Origin: an uncultured delta proteobacterium
Lineage (GTDB): Bacteria; Desulfobacterota; Desulfobacteria; Desulfobacterales; B30-G6
Assembly (NCBI GenBank): GCA_963823335.1
Contig: CAWGLD010000002.1
Span: 96,001 to 160,000 of the forward strand
Length of the DNA stretch: 64,000 nt
Direction: 5' to 3'
Shown: positions 19,029 to 29,442 of the stretch, one piece after another
Numbering within the stretch: position 1 is the first letter of the stretch
Layout of the letters: each line of letters opens with the position of its first letter
Made by a program: the position numbers and the translations under genes
The notes under the pieces: generated by a model
Told to the model about the DNA's origin: nothing
Seen by the model: the letters and a program-made list of their open reading frames with translations, nothing else
Databases searched by the model: none

Positions 19029-20810
19029 TTAGACGGCCCGCCGACGGAGCGTCGCAGCGTAAAAATCCTCCGCGGGGCCGCTGGAGTGCTCAGCAGCGAT
19101 TTGTTCCAGATACTCTTTCTGCGCTCCGGAGCGAGACAGTTTTCCAGACGTCGTTCTATGTAAGGTGTTTCGGGGTACCAACTCTATCAGGCAGTCAATG
19201 CCAAACTCTTCTCGAATCTGGCGGTGCAATCGCTTCCGCAAGTCGGCGCGTTTTTCTTCATCGGATTCGCGGCACTCCACCATCATAACGGCTCTTTCTT
19301 CTCCATTGGCGCCGGTTATCGAGAATGCCGATGTATCTCCGGTGCGTACCTCGGTCTGCTGTTCCGCCAGGTATTCAAGGTCCTGGGGCCAGATATTGCG
19401 ACCGTTGAGAATAATCAGGTCTTTTTCACGGCCTGTAATCACGATACTTTTTCCAACGCGATAGGCCAGGTCTCCGGTGTTTAACCAGCCATCGGGAGAT
19501 AAAACGTCACGGGTGGAAAGGAGATCCCCAAAATAGCCGGACATGATACTGGGACCGCGGACATAGAGTGTGCCACAATGCCGTTCTGGTAAGACCTCTC
19601 CCTGCTCATTTCTTACTTCTACTTCATATCCGGGCAGCGGGGCACCGCAGTTGGTGAAACTGCTTGTGTGCAGGGATTTGTTGTTCTGTGAAGGATGCAG
19701 CGGTATGGCTTTTTGCTCCGTTGCCAGTGTATCGGTATCCACATGGTCGACATCAAGCCCCTGGCCGAGGGGTGAAAAAGTTACGGCAAGAGAGCACTCC
19801 GCCATTCCGTAGCACGGTGTAAACGCGTGCCGGTCAAAGCCGGCGGGCGCCAGAAGGTCGGCGAAACTGTCGAGCGGTTCGGTACGAATCGGCTCCGCTC
19901 CGACACCGGCAACCCGCCAGGAGCTGAGATCGAAATTTTGGACTTCTTTCTCGCGTACGCGTCTGGCCGCCAATTCGTATCCGAAGGGCGGGCTGACGGA
20001 AAGGGTCCCTTTGTTTTGCGACATCAATGTCAGCCAAAGCCGGGGTCGCATGGCAAAATCCCGTGTGCTCAGGTAGTCCACTGACAACTGGGCAGCCATA
20101 GGAGCCAGTACGAGGCCGACGAGTCCCATATCGTGAAAGTAGGGAAGCCAGGAGACCGCCCGATCTTCCGACCGGACATGAATACCATGTTTAATAATGG
20201 CAAACAGGTTGTTGAGCACGGCTTTCTGGGTGATCATGACACCACGAGGAAAGCGTGTGCTGCCGGAAGTATATTGCAGGTATGCTATCTCATGAGGTTC
20301 CGAGGGGTGCAAGGGGGCGCTGGATTCCGGAAGATCATAAAACTCCTGGGGACTGCCTATGAAACGCATTTTCAGATCCTGGGCAGCTTCCTTTAAATAA
20401 GAAAGAAACCCCTCGGGTGCCATACCTATATCTGCCTGGCAGATGGAGAGGAGCCTCCTCAGTTGAGAAACGTATGCTTTTCGCCCACCCAAGTGAACTG
20501 AAGCCGGCAGCGGTACGGGTATTAAACCGGCGTACTGGCAGGCATAAAAGAATCGCATGAAATCAGGGTGGGTATCGGCCACGATCGCCACACGCGAACC
20601 GCGGTTTGTGCCTAGATGAATTAGGCGGCGCGCCAGCGCCTGCGCATCTCTTTTAAGTTCTGCGTATGGCAACCTGGCATATAATTTTAACGCGCTGGTA
20701 TAATAGTTGTATCCTGTTTTTCCCTGAGCTGCATAATCGAGCGCTTCTGCTAACGTAGAAAAATCAGCGATCCGCAACGGCAGACCGCTCACGGCAGGTG
20801 TAGCATCCAT
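19029..20810 (-). CDS. Fatty acyl-AMP ligase / acyl-ACP synthetase
   Basis: YLQYTSGSTRFPRG, SWLPYFHDMGL, YGMAE, TGDL, RTTSGKLSR. Confidence 0.9.
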   Translation of the reverse strand: MDATPAVSGLPLRIADFSTLAEALDYAAQGKTGYNYYTSALKLYARLPYAELKRDAQALARRLIHLGTNRGSRVAIVADTHPDFMRFFYACQYAGLIPVPLPASVHLGGRKAYVSQLRRLLSICQADIGMAPEGFLSYLKEAAQDLKMRFIGSPQEFYDLPESSAPLHPSEPHEIAYLQYTSGSTRFPRGVMITQKAVLNNLFAIIKHGIHVRSEDRAVSWLPYFHDMGLVGLVLAPMAAQLSVDYLSTRDFAMRPRLWLTLMSQNKGTLSVSPPFGYELAARRVREKEVQNFDLSSWRVAGVGAEPIRTEPLDSFADLLAPAGFDRHAFTPCYGMAECSLAVTFSPLGQGLDVDHVDTDTLATEQKAIPLHPSQNNKSLHTSSFTNCGAPLPGYEVEVRNEQGEVLPERHCGTLYVRGPSIMSGYFGDLLSTRDVLSPDGWLNTGDLAYRVGKSIVITGREKDLIILNGRNIWPQDLEYLAEQQTEVRTGDTSAFSITGANGEERAVMMVECRESDEEKRADLRKRLHRQIREEFGIDCLIELVPRNTLHRTTSGKLSRSGAQKEYLEQIAAEHSSGPAEDFYAATLRRRAV

Positions 20811-21034
20811 AGCGACTATAGCCTCCTATATGCAATCAGGTCAGTGAAGCATCTTTCCATAACAGAAATAGCCTTACTAACCTAAAATCCGAAAATCAAC
20901 ACTGATATCGTTTTTTTTCATATCTAAATACAATTCATTTACCGACATGGCTTTTACCTGATTTAGACTTAAATGTCAAATGCTTGATGGATTAATTTTA
21001 AAAGCCGACTAAAATTAAGCTTACTAATATATAT

Positions 21035-21838
21035 TCAAGTTTGCTCTTTTGCAACATTTTTTTCTACCAATTCCCAGTCACTGACCGAATCGACGTCCAC
21101 AGCAGCGTCGGCAAAAGGCATGATAACGGCACCCGCCTTAAATCCAAAACGCTTTGAAATAATAGATAATATGTCATAAAGGGACAGCTTTCCCATCAGA
21201 TAACGCAGCACCGCTACCCATCCAAATTTTCGAATCATACGAAAGGGCTTTTTGCGCTCGGACTCTACCTGCCGCCAGTAATTCGCTGCCAGACGTGCCT
21301 CCGGGGTCAGGAAAGCGAACAGGTTACATCCGCAATAAGCACCATCCTGCAACCGTGTGGCGGTTCTACGCGTTTCGGGGTGGGCTTTCATCACATCCTC
21401 GTGCCGGGCAACGCCGACAACCACATCGCAATTTGTGGTCCTTGCCTCGCTACAAAAATAGTCCACCATCCGTGGGGTCAACATGGCATGGTCCGCCGTT
21501 GTCAATAAAACCGGAATGTCCTTGGGCAGGGTTTGCAGAACATGATAGGCACTTGAACTTGGTGTCTCCCGGTTTTCAAACCAGGCGATTTTTCCGCTTG
21601 CAATCAGATCCAGAAGACCGGATTCCCGGTCTACAATGTGTTTGGGCGGGCCACACAAAATCCTCTGGTCGATTTCCCGGGATGCATCCAGCGCGCTTAA
21701 AACGCGAAAAACCATCGGGATGCCGCCAATGGGTGCCAAGGATTTACATGGAACACCAGCGGCCTTGGCAACGGGGTCATCGGGGCTGCGGTCTGCGGCA
21801 AGAACCAGGGCCGTAAATTTATCTTGTGGCTGAATCAT
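21035..21838 (-). CDS. MobA-like NTP transferase (nucleotidyltransferase)
   Basis: ALVLAADR...KSLAPIGG, LLTTADH, C-terminal DVDSVSD. Confidence 0.8.
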   Translation of the reverse strand: MIQPQDKFTALVLAADRSPDDPVAKAAGVPCKSLAPIGGIPMVFRVLSALDASREIDQRILCGPPKHIVDRESGLLDLIASGKIAWFENRETPSSSAYHVLQTLPKDIPVLLTTADHAMLTPRMVDYFCSEARTTNCDVVVGVARHEDVMKAHPETRRTATRLQDGAYCGCNLFAFLTPEARLAANYWRQVESERKKPFRMIRKFGWVAVLRYLMGKLSLYDILSIISKRFGFKAGAVIMPFADAAVDVDSVSDWELVEKNVAKEQT

Positions 21839-21926
21839 CGTGTCGACGATTTTATTCCGTCATTTAAGACCTGGTCCTTTGGGCCGGGTCAGAGATATGT
21901 GGCTATGCCGATGGTGGCAGTTACAC

Positions 21927-22224
21927 AAATCCGAAGCACGAAATTCGAAATCCTAAACAATATCGAATGATCCAAATTCGAATGATCAAAACAAGACCTT
22001 GGAAATAATCGTTCAAGCACTATGTTTGAACCGAAAAAGCGAGCGCATTCCCCGTAGGTTCTGCCGTTCGGCAGTGCTTCGCATGCTGCGGGGTTAGCGA
22101 GCGAATCTAGATTAGACAGAATTCCTTACGGTCGAACATTCCTCGTAGCTTGCTGCGAGCTTCAATCATTTGAGCATTTGATATTTGGATTTGTTTCGCA
22201 TTTCGATATTTGGATTTAGAATTT
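21927..22224. repeat. Inverted 7-mer-repeat flanks enclosing an inserted hairpin element (22027-22165)
   Basis: AAATCCGAAGCACGAAATTCGAAATCC...CGAATGATC at left; ATTTGGATTTGTTTCGCATTTCGATATTTGGATTTAGAATTT at right. Confidence 0.6.
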
Positions 22225-22302
22225 ATCACACCCTGAATATGCATAATATTAATCCCTTATAGGGCCGAACCAGTGCCGGGCCCTTTGGACCCGGGTATCT
22301 AC

Positions 22303-23490
22303 TCAGCTGTCACTCCCTGCCAACTGCTTGCTGTAAATACGGTAGGTTTTATAGACCCAGCCGCCAATAGATTCGATTATGGCGCGCATTCCCTTATTGT
22401 CCTCCAGGATCCAGGAAAGTTCCACTTCTTTAATACCGCGGCTTACGCCATATTGCTGGGTACTGCTGATTACGCCGAATGCAAGGGCTGCCCCCATGAG
22501 GCTGTCGTGAAATCGGCAGCGAACGCCCATCAGGGGGATTCGTGCCGATTTCGGGTATCTTACTTTGAGACGCCATAATATTTTAAGCCAGCCAAAGGGC
22601 AAAAGCCTGCCGTTTAGATCCCGAATGACCTCATTTAAGTTCGGCAGGACAACTATGAAGGCGGCCGGTTCGCCATCGACTTCGGCGATTTTCACCAGTT
22701 TTTCATCGGCCAGCATTTTTAAATCCTTACCCAGGTGCTCGAATTCCTTGTTCGTGAAAGGCACAAAACTCCAGTTCTGTGACCAGGCATCATTGAAAAT
22801 ATCCCTGATTATCTGTAATTCATCAGAAAAGTTAGACATGTTCAGGTTTCTGATGTGCATTCGATTCTTGGCCCTCGCCAGGATGGATTTAGCTGCCGCG
22901 GGCATCTCAACTGTCGAGTTTATGTTATACGCCAGCAGGTCTTTTGTTTTGCGATAGCCATTTTCTTCGATTCGGTCGCCGTAATAGGGACACGCATGGC
23001 CCATCATCATCGATGGTGGGGTGTCGAAACCGTCCACCAGCAATCCCAGTTCCTGATTGATGGACAGGTTAAAAGGGCCGTAGATCCGTTGCATTCCCCG
23101 GTTGCGCAACCATGCTTCCGCCTCATTCAGCAAGGTTTGAAAAAGCCGGCTGTTGTCCGCTGCTTCCAACATCCCGAAAAAACCGGTGGCATCCTGATAG
23201 CGGTCAATATGCAGCTGGTCGATTTGAGCACTGACCCGTCCTACAGGTTTACCATCCTGGTAGGCAACCCATGAACAAAATTTTGCATGTTCAAAATAGG
23301 GATTTTTGGGAGAAAGATGCATACGACGTTCAAGGAGCAGGGGCGGAACCCACATCGGGTCATTGGCATAAAGCGACCAGGGAAGGCGAATAAAGTCATT
23401 TAAGGTGTTACGGTTTTCCACCTTTACGATCTTTATTTTTTCGTCGGGATGCCCGGGTTGATGGCTCCCTGGCACTTTCGCAAAATTCAT
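22303..23490 (-). CDS. bcerS: GNAT-fold protein, probable bacterial ceramide synthase
   Basis: DFIRLPWSLY..DPMWVPPL, GRVSAQID, GPFNLSINQELGLLVDGF, ELSWILEDN, YKTYRIY; GAGGA RBS before the ATG at 23490; sphingolipid context. Confidence 0.78.
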   Translation of the reverse strand: MNFAKVPGSHQPGHPDEKIKIVKVENRNTLNDFIRLPWSLYANDPMWVPPLLLERRMHLSPKNPYFEHAKFCSWVAYQDGKPVGRVSAQIDQLHIDRYQDATGFFGMLEAADNSRLFQTLLNEAEAWLRNRGMQRIYGPFNLSINQELGLLVDGFDTPPSMMMGHACPYYGDRIEENGYRKTKDLLAYNINSTVEMPAAAKSILARAKNRMHIRNLNMSNFSDELQIIRDIFNDAWSQNWSFVPFTNKEFEHLGKDLKMLADEKLVKIAEVDGEPAAFIVVLPNLNEVIRDLNGRLLPFGWLKILWRLKVRYPKSARIPLMGVRCRFHDSLMGAALAFGVISSTQQYGVSRGIKEVELSWILEDNKGMRAIIESIGGWVYKTYRIYSKQLAGSDS

Positions 23491-23592
23491 GCAATTGTCC
23501 TCGGTCTGATTTCTGGGGGCATATGACGCCCAAATATCGTTTCGGGGCATGATACACAGGCAGTAAAACCAGGTCAATATTAAAAACGTACG

Positions 23593-23621
23593 TTGATATT
23601 GCCTATCTTTTTAGATATATT
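23593..23621 (+). promoter_or_regulatory. Possible sigma70 promoter for the plus-strand nucleotidyltransferase-lptFG operon
   Basis: TTGATA-17bp-TATATT in the AT-rich divergent intergenic region. Confidence 0.35.
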
Positions 23622-23759
23622 TCATTTTTAGCAAAGAACTCTTTACAAAAAAAATTAATTTTGTATTGTAAAGAGTTTTCGGCAGTGGGTAAAGTTATAG
23701 AAAATACCTTGGATTCTTCAATTGATGAACCTGATTATGTTACAAGTGGAAATAACCCT

Positions 23760-24551
23760 ATGAAAGCAGTCATATTAAGTGCAGGGCAGGGGAAACGTCT
23801 GCTGCCACTGACAGCGGATCGCCCAAAATGCATTCTTCCCATTAGGGGACAGACTCTCGTTGAATGGCAAATTGACGAACTTGCCAAATGTGGAATCGAC
23901 CAGGTGACCGTTGTCGTGGGGTATCGTGCGCACAAAGTCGAAGAAATTCTGCGCGCACGTTATAGTTCCAACCGGGTACGTACGGTTTACAATGAGGCTT
24001 TTGCTGTTTCAGACAACCTGGTGAGCTGCTGGACTGTCCAGGACGAGATGGACGAAGAATTTATTTTACTGAACGGCGATACCTTGTTTGAGGCGGCTGT
24101 GTTGAAGCGTTTACTTGGCACAGGCGGTCATCCCGTAACCGTGGTCATCAACCAGAAAAATGCCTATGACGCGGACGACATGAAGGTCGAACTGGAAGGG
24201 TGCCGACTGGTCAAGATCGGCAAAGATCTATCGCCCGGTCAGGTTCACGGTGAATCCATCGGTATGATCCTGTTTCAAGACCAGGGCCCGATGTTGTTCC
24301 GCGACGCCATGGAGAAAGCCCTGCGCGATCCTGCTGCACAGAAAAAATACTATCTGTCGGTCATCGATGATCTGGCCCGGAAATTTCCGGTGTGGACCTG
24401 CTTGATTAACGGTCTGCAGTGGTGTGAAGTCGATTTTAAAGCAGACCTTAAACAGGCGGAAAAAGTCGTAGCGGCCTGTTGCCCCGACCGGCAGAGGAAC
24501 GCCGGAGACGACACCTGCCAGTCAACCGGGGCAACCCTGTCGAACCTCTAA
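23760..24551 (+). CDS. Phosphocholine-cytidylyltransferase-family nucleotidyltransferase (CpgD-like)
   Basis: MKAVILSAGQGKRLLPLT..PKC, LLNGD, DDMKV, GESIG, WCEVD. Confidence 0.82.
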   Translation: MKAVILSAGQGKRLLPLTADRPKCILPIRGQTLVEWQIDELAKCGIDQVTVVVGYRAHKVEEILRARYSSNRVRTVYNEAFAVSDNLVSCWTVQDEMDEEFILLNGDTLFEAAVLKRLLGTGGHPVTVVINQKNAYDADDMKVELEGCRLVKIGKDLSPGQVHGESIGMILFQDQGPMLFRDAMEKALRDPAAQKKYYLSVIDDLARKFPVWTCLINGLQWCEVDFKADLKQAEKVVAACCPDRQRNAGDDTCQSTGATLSNL

Positions 24552-24701
24552 CCCAGCTATGTTGCCGGCTCAACGAACGAACCTGTATCTGTATTTGACA
24601 GAATTCCTCACAACTCAAGACTCCTTGCAGCTTGTAGAAGATCCTGTTTTATCAGGCGGCCTGGAATCTTCGATCTAAAAATCGGATAGTTATAGGACAA
24701 A

Positions 24702-25778
24702 ATGATTATTGACCGTTATATAATGCGGGAAATCATCAAACCAACGCTGGCGATCTGTGCGATCCTGATCTTGATTTTTGGGTGCTACATGGCAACGGGT
24801 TTCCTGATGGACGCTCTTGCCGGTCAATTACCGGGTACAACGATCCTCCTGCTAATTCTGCTTAGAATCGTTATCGCGCTGGAGGTGTTGTTACCCACTA
24901 CCTTGTATTTGTCGGTGGTCATCGCCCTTGGACGGCTGTATAAAGATTCAGAAATGACCGCTCTATTTGCTTGTGGTGTCGGTACCGGGCGCGTGTTACA
25001 GCCGGTCTTTTACTCCGCCCTGATCATTGCGCTGATTGTTGCCAGCCTGTCCCTTTTCATAAGACCCTTGGCTTACGACAGATATTACCGATTAAAGGCC
25101 CAGGCCCAGGGAACGTTCGATCTTTCTCGCATGAATGACGAAACTTTTTATGAAACTGCGGACGGCAGACGCATCATCTACGCCCAAAAGGTAGACCACC
25201 AGCGAGATAGAGCCAAACGCGTTTTTATTCGAACTGAACGTGATGATACGTTGCAGGTTATTCATGCCAGGCGAGCCAGTCAAACCGAAGATCCAGTATC
25301 CGGAAAAAAAATTATCGTATTCAGCGATGGCTATCTTTATGAATTTTCGCGCACAGGAGACCATGGCAGGGTCCTTCAATTTGAAAAATCAGCAATGACC
25401 TTGGAGCCCACAGAAAATCTGCTGCTGCGGTACCGTGTCAAAGCGGCCACGACCAGATCTATTGCCCGGTCGACCGATCGTGAAGAAATCGCCGAATTCC
25501 AGTGGCGCCTTTCGACGCCGTTGGCCACTATCATGCTGGCGCTGTTGGGTGTCCCACTGAGCCGCTCATCCCCACGCCAGGACAAATATACCAAAGTCAC
25601 CACGGCCGTGGTGATTTTTGCCGTTTATTACAATCTCAGCGCCTTGGCAAAGAAGTGGGTTGAAAAAGGTGTCCTCGATACCTTTCCTGGAATTTGGTGG
25701 GTTCAGTTTCTGATGGCCGGACTGTTGTTGTGTCTTTTCTGGCAGCCAATGCTGGATTTCTTCCGGCGGGGCAGGTAA
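24702..25778 (+). CDS. lptF: LptF-family permease
   Basis: MIIDRYI, GRLYKDSEMTALFACG, AEFQWRLS; 3TM-periplasmic-3TM layout. Confidence 0.88.
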   Translation: MIIDRYIMREIIKPTLAICAILILIFGCYMATGFLMDALAGQLPGTTILLLILLRIVIALEVLLPTTLYLSVVIALGRLYKDSEMTALFACGVGTGRVLQPVFYSALIIALIVASLSLFIRPLAYDRYYRLKAQAQGTFDLSRMNDETFYETADGRRIIYAQKVDHQRDRAKRVFIRTERDDTLQVIHARRASQTEDPVSGKKIIVFSDGYLYEFSRTGDHGRVLQFEKSAMTLEPTENLLLRYRVKAATTRSIARSTDREEIAEFQWRLSTPLATIMLALLGVPLSRSSPRQDKYTKVTTAVVIFAVYYNLSALAKKWVEKGVLDTFPGIWWVQFLMAGLLLCLFWQPMLDFFRRGR

Positions 25779-25785
25779 TACCTAA

Positions 25786-26853
25786 ATGAAAACCATCGAT
25801 CGACATATCGGCAGCAGTTTCCTGCGCAGCTTCGGGCTGGTTGTGATCATTTTGGTCGTGTTGTTCAGTTTTCTGGAATTGTTGTCCCAGTTGGATGATG
25901 CCGGCAAAGGGAATTATCAGGTCCAGGATGTTTTTTTGTTCATTGGTTTGACACTCCCGAAACGCATGCTTGACTTGATGCCTATCAGTACATTGCTCGG
26001 CAGCGTCGTCGCCCTGGGTTTACTGGCCGACCATGGAGAACTGCTCGCCATGCAGGCCGGCGGAATATCGGTTCAGCGGATTTGCTGGTCGATGTTTGCC
26101 ACTGGAATGGTTCTGATATTTTTAACCGCCCTGCTGGCAGAAATGATTGTGCCGCCACTGGACCAGCTGGCCCGCAAAAATAGAGCCCGGGCAATATCCG
26201 GCTCAGAATTCACATTAACAAAGCAGGGCTTCTGGGCGCGACGTGGTTCTACATATATCCATGTCGGTAAAACGCATTCCGGCGGTGTTGCCAACGATCT
26301 GGATATTTTCGAGGCGGATGAGACGGGCCGTCTAAAGACGTATACATATGCCCGCGAGGCGAACATCCAGAACAAGGATCAATGGGTACTCAGGGAGATT
26401 ACCCGCAAAAAATTTACCGATGAGGGTATGGAAACAACACGCATGCCCAGTTTGATACTGGATTCGTTTTTAAGCTCGGAACAGGTTGGATTTCTTGAAA
26501 TACCGGCTGACAGTCTGTCTTCTTCCGATCTTTACCGGTATGCTGAGGCCATGCGTGCAAATGGACAAAATGTCGATCGTTATGCGTTGTCTCTGTGGCG
26601 CAAGTTAAGCGTGCCTTTGTCGACCGGTGCTATGGTGTTACTTTCGCTTACGTTTGTTTTCGGCTTCACGCGCAGGATCACAGCTGGTAAACGTATCATG
26701 ATGGGTTCCTTTGTAGGGGTTATTTTTTATTCCGGCGACCAGGTTATTGTCCATCTGGGGCTGCTGTTGAGCCTCAGTCCCATGATTACCGCGATGACTC
26801 CGGTCGTATTGATTTCAGCAATTGCGCTCTGGAAATTGCGACGGGTGGTATAA
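25786..26853 (+). CDS. lptG: LptG-family permease
   Basis: MKTIDRHI, GELLAMQAGGIS, WRKLSVPL; follows lptF. Confidence 0.88.
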   Translation: MKTIDRHIGSSFLRSFGLVVIILVVLFSFLELLSQLDDAGKGNYQVQDVFLFIGLTLPKRMLDLMPISTLLGSVVALGLLADHGELLAMQAGGISVQRICWSMFATGMVLIFLTALLAEMIVPPLDQLARKNRARAISGSEFTLTKQGFWARRGSTYIHVGKTHSGGVANDLDIFEADETGRLKTYTYAREANIQNKDQWVLREITRKKFTDEGMETTRMPSLILDSFLSSEQVGFLEIPADSLSSSDLYRYAEAMRANGQNVDRYALSLWRKLSVPLSTGAMVLLSLTFVFGFTRRITAGKRIMMGSFVGVIFYSGDQVIVHLGLLLSLSPMITAMTPVVLISAIALWKLRRVV

Positions 26854-26898
26854 TCCTTTTGATTCAACATTCGATGTTGGGCGTTCGATGTTCGATGT

Positions 26899-27912
26899 TC
26901 ATTCGTTTTTTTGCACCGGGTTACTGAGCCGTTGCTCACTCTCTCTGATAAATCGCTTGTCAGAGGGTGAGTAAATGCGGATCTCACGTCTTACTATCCA
27001 ACCAGTGTCGACGTGTGTTATACGATAGATATCGTAACGGGCGCGGCGTTCAGGTGTGCGGCTGAGAGCCGAAACCGAAGGTATGCCGACAACCGGCAGA
27101 TTGCCACTCTGGGTTTGCAGGTTGTGCCGCAGGGCCTCATGAGCGTGACCATGCAGAATCAACTCGGCGCCATAACGCGCCAGAAGCGCCTGCAAGGCCG
27201 TCGCATCTGTCAGGCGTTTTCGCCAGCTGACCGAACCGGGTACCGGTGGATGGTGGATCAGCACGACCCGGTAAAATCGTTTTCGGGCTGTTTGGGACAA
27301 GATTGTGGCCAGTTTTTGCAACTGGCTTATACCGACACTTCCCACGGCCAAATGCGGTGCGCTGGGCCGGGCAGTGCAAACACCGATAATGGCAACACAG
27401 CCCCTGGTGCGTAAGCTGGGAAAGATGGCGTTGGTACCTTCTAAACTGTGGTCATCTTTTTGGAGGTTTTCCGAGAGCATATAGTCGGTCCAGTGGGCCA
27501 TGGTTTGATGCCAGTCGGTTTTAACATAGGTGTCGTGATTACCGGGAATGACGGTAATTTTTGTCGGGGGGCCTAAGGACTGCAGCCATTGTCTGGCTTT
27601 TATAAATTCGGCCGGTAGGCTCAGGTGAGTCAGATCGCCGGTGACGGCAATGTGATCGGGGTCCGTCCGGGCAAGGTCTGTTTTCAGGGCTGCCAAAACG
27701 TGATCTCCGTGCTCGGCACCGCGGTGCAGTTTCCATCTTAAATACCCCAACAGGCGTTTACCGGCCAAATCCCGGCCGGTAATCTCCTTCATGCAGGAAA
27801 TATGCGGGTCGGAAAGATGGGCCAACGCAAACGTTTTAGACGCCACCTGTTTATCCGGTATGGGAGATCGATCATCGATCGTTTGGGATATGGTGAATTT
27901 TTTAGAAATCAT
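26899..27912 (-). CDS. Calcineurin-like metallophosphoesterase
   Basis: HLSDPH, VTGDLT, PGNHD, IHHPP, LHGHAH. Confidence 0.88.
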   Translation of the reverse strand: MISKKFTISQTIDDRSPIPDKQVASKTFALAHLSDPHISCMKEITGRDLAGKRLLGYLRWKLHRGAEHGDHVLAALKTDLARTDPDHIAVTGDLTHLSLPAEFIKARQWLQSLGPPTKITVIPGNHDTYVKTDWHQTMAHWTDYMLSENLQKDDHSLEGTNAIFPSLRTRGCVAIIGVCTARPSAPHLAVGSVGISQLQKLATILSQTARKRFYRVVLIHHPPVPGSVSWRKRLTDATALQALLARYGAELILHGHAHEALRHNLQTQSGNLPVVGIPSVSALSRTPERRARYDIYRITHVDTGWIVRREIRIYSPSDKRFIRESEQRLSNPVQKNE

Positions 27913-28057
27913 TTGTGGTTGATATAGTAATTAGATATTTATTGCAAGCAGCCGGCCTTAACGATTGAAGAACCCGGCAGCAAGATCCAGGTGAGCTCAG
28001 TCGTGCCACCACGGGGGCTGTGCTCGCTGCAGCGGCTCAACGCCGATGGTCCAATGG

Positions 28058-28188
28058 TTGATTGTTCTACAAACCGCGTGCTTGGCCCGCGGTTCCGAAC
28101 CTGAACTTACGGAGACGTGCCGTCTCCTTTGTTTTTCCCCCATTTTGGGGGAAATCCAAGCCACCCGTTTCACGGGTGGTAGTTGACT
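28058..28188 (+). mobile_element. Non-autonomous IS200/IS605-derived palindromic element (copy 1)
   Basis: TTGAT followed by four hairpins, ending CAAGCCACCCGTTTCACGGGTGGTAGTTGAC; near-identical to 42360-42491. Confidence 0.65.
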
Positions 28189-28216
28189 TCGATCTGTCCG
28201 AAAGAGGATACGATAT

Positions 28217-29413
28217 ATGTCTATTTCTGGTCACATAATCGGTGACAGTCCCGTAAAAATATGGGGATTGACATCTTACGAACGAAAATCTCGTGTTCTA
28301 AAAAGTGCTGGTGTGACACACATTGTGGATGATATTGCCGCTGTGCCGGAGGGCAGTTCGGTCCTGTTGCTCAGGGGCGATTTACTGTTTGATGACCGGG
28401 TGATCAACTACCTGGTGCAGACACCTGATACCCTGTTGAAGATTCCGCAAGGGCCCACAGATGTATGTGTTGCCGCACATGTTGCCATGGACCAGGCCAT
28501 TGAAGCCCGGAACGCGATTTCAGAACCATCCAGCACGGTATTTCCAGTGGGAATAAAGATCGAAACACTGGATAAGCTGTCCATCTCTTTTCAACAAAGG
28601 CTGCTCAAATTCGATCCACCCTTTGTGCTGCCGATCAAATCTGAGCACAAACGAGATTTAGAGCGTCGGCTTTTTGACTGGTCATATAAAGGGGTGACCG
28701 ATTGTGTCACCAAGTGGGTCTGGCCGCGCCCGGCGCGATGGGTTGTCGGCCAATGTGTCCGCTTTGGATTTCGACCGAACCATGTAACCGTTCTGGGCTT
28801 GTTTCTGGCCATACTGGCAGGAATTTTATTTGCTTATGGCTGGTATGGCTCGGGCTTGCTGGCCGGCTGGCTGATGACATTTTTGGATACTGTGGATGGT
28901 AAACTGGCCCGTGTTACCGTTACGTCCAGCAAGTTCGGTCATTATTTCGATCACATCATTGATCTGGTCCATCCACCCCTGTGGTACATTTTCTGGGGGT
29001 TGGGTATGTCCCAGGTCAATTTTGGCGGGTTGTCCCGTACCATTGTATTCTGGATGATCGTGGCCGGCTATATCGGCGGTCGTCTTGTGGAAGGTGTTTT
29101 TCTGACCTGGCTGGGCAAATTCGGAATCTTCTGCTGGCGTCCCATGGACGCTTATTTTAGACTGATTACGGCGCGGCGCAATCCGTGTTTGCTTTTGTTG
29201 ACAGTCGGTTATCTTACGGGTTTTCCGGACTGGGGTTTGTTTGCGGTGGCCGTCTGGACCGTGGCGACCAGCATTTTCCTGCTTATACGCCTTCTGATGG
29301 CACTCAAAACACGGCTGGCGGATGGTCCCATACGGACCTGGTTTTTGGATATCGACCCGGGCAGGCGGCAGCAACCACTGGCAGTCAGATTGTTTACGCA
29401 TCGCGTGGAGTGA
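28217..29413 (+). CDS. CDP-alcohol phosphatidyltransferase family protein (Cpg-type head-group transferase)
   Basis: PNHVT and DTVDGKLARVT...GHYFDHIID signature; KGVTDCVTKWVWP. Confidence 0.88.
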   Translation: MSISGHIIGDSPVKIWGLTSYERKSRVLKSAGVTHIVDDIAAVPEGSSVLLLRGDLLFDDRVINYLVQTPDTLLKIPQGPTDVCVAAHVAMDQAIEARNAISEPSSTVFPVGIKIETLDKLSISFQQRLLKFDPPFVLPIKSEHKRDLERRLFDWSYKGVTDCVTKWVWPRPARWVVGQCVRFGFRPNHVTVLGLFLAILAGILFAYGWYGSGLLAGWLMTFLDTVDGKLARVTVTSSKFGHYFDHIIDLVHPPLWYIFWGLGMSQVNFGGLSRTIVFWMIVAGYIGGRLVEGVFLTWLGKFGIFCWRPMDAYFRLITARRNPCLLLLTVGYLTGFPDWGLFAVAVWTVATSIFLLIRLLMALKTRLADGPIRTWFLDIDPGRRQQPLAVRLFTHRVE

Positions 29414-29442
29414 TTGAGAGATACGCTTTTGGAGAGGTATAG

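Noticed and set aside
17668-20810. PKS/NRPS secondary-metabolite cluster
   Set aside because: No KS, C or TE domains; the FAAL and ACP are explained by sphingolipid synthesis
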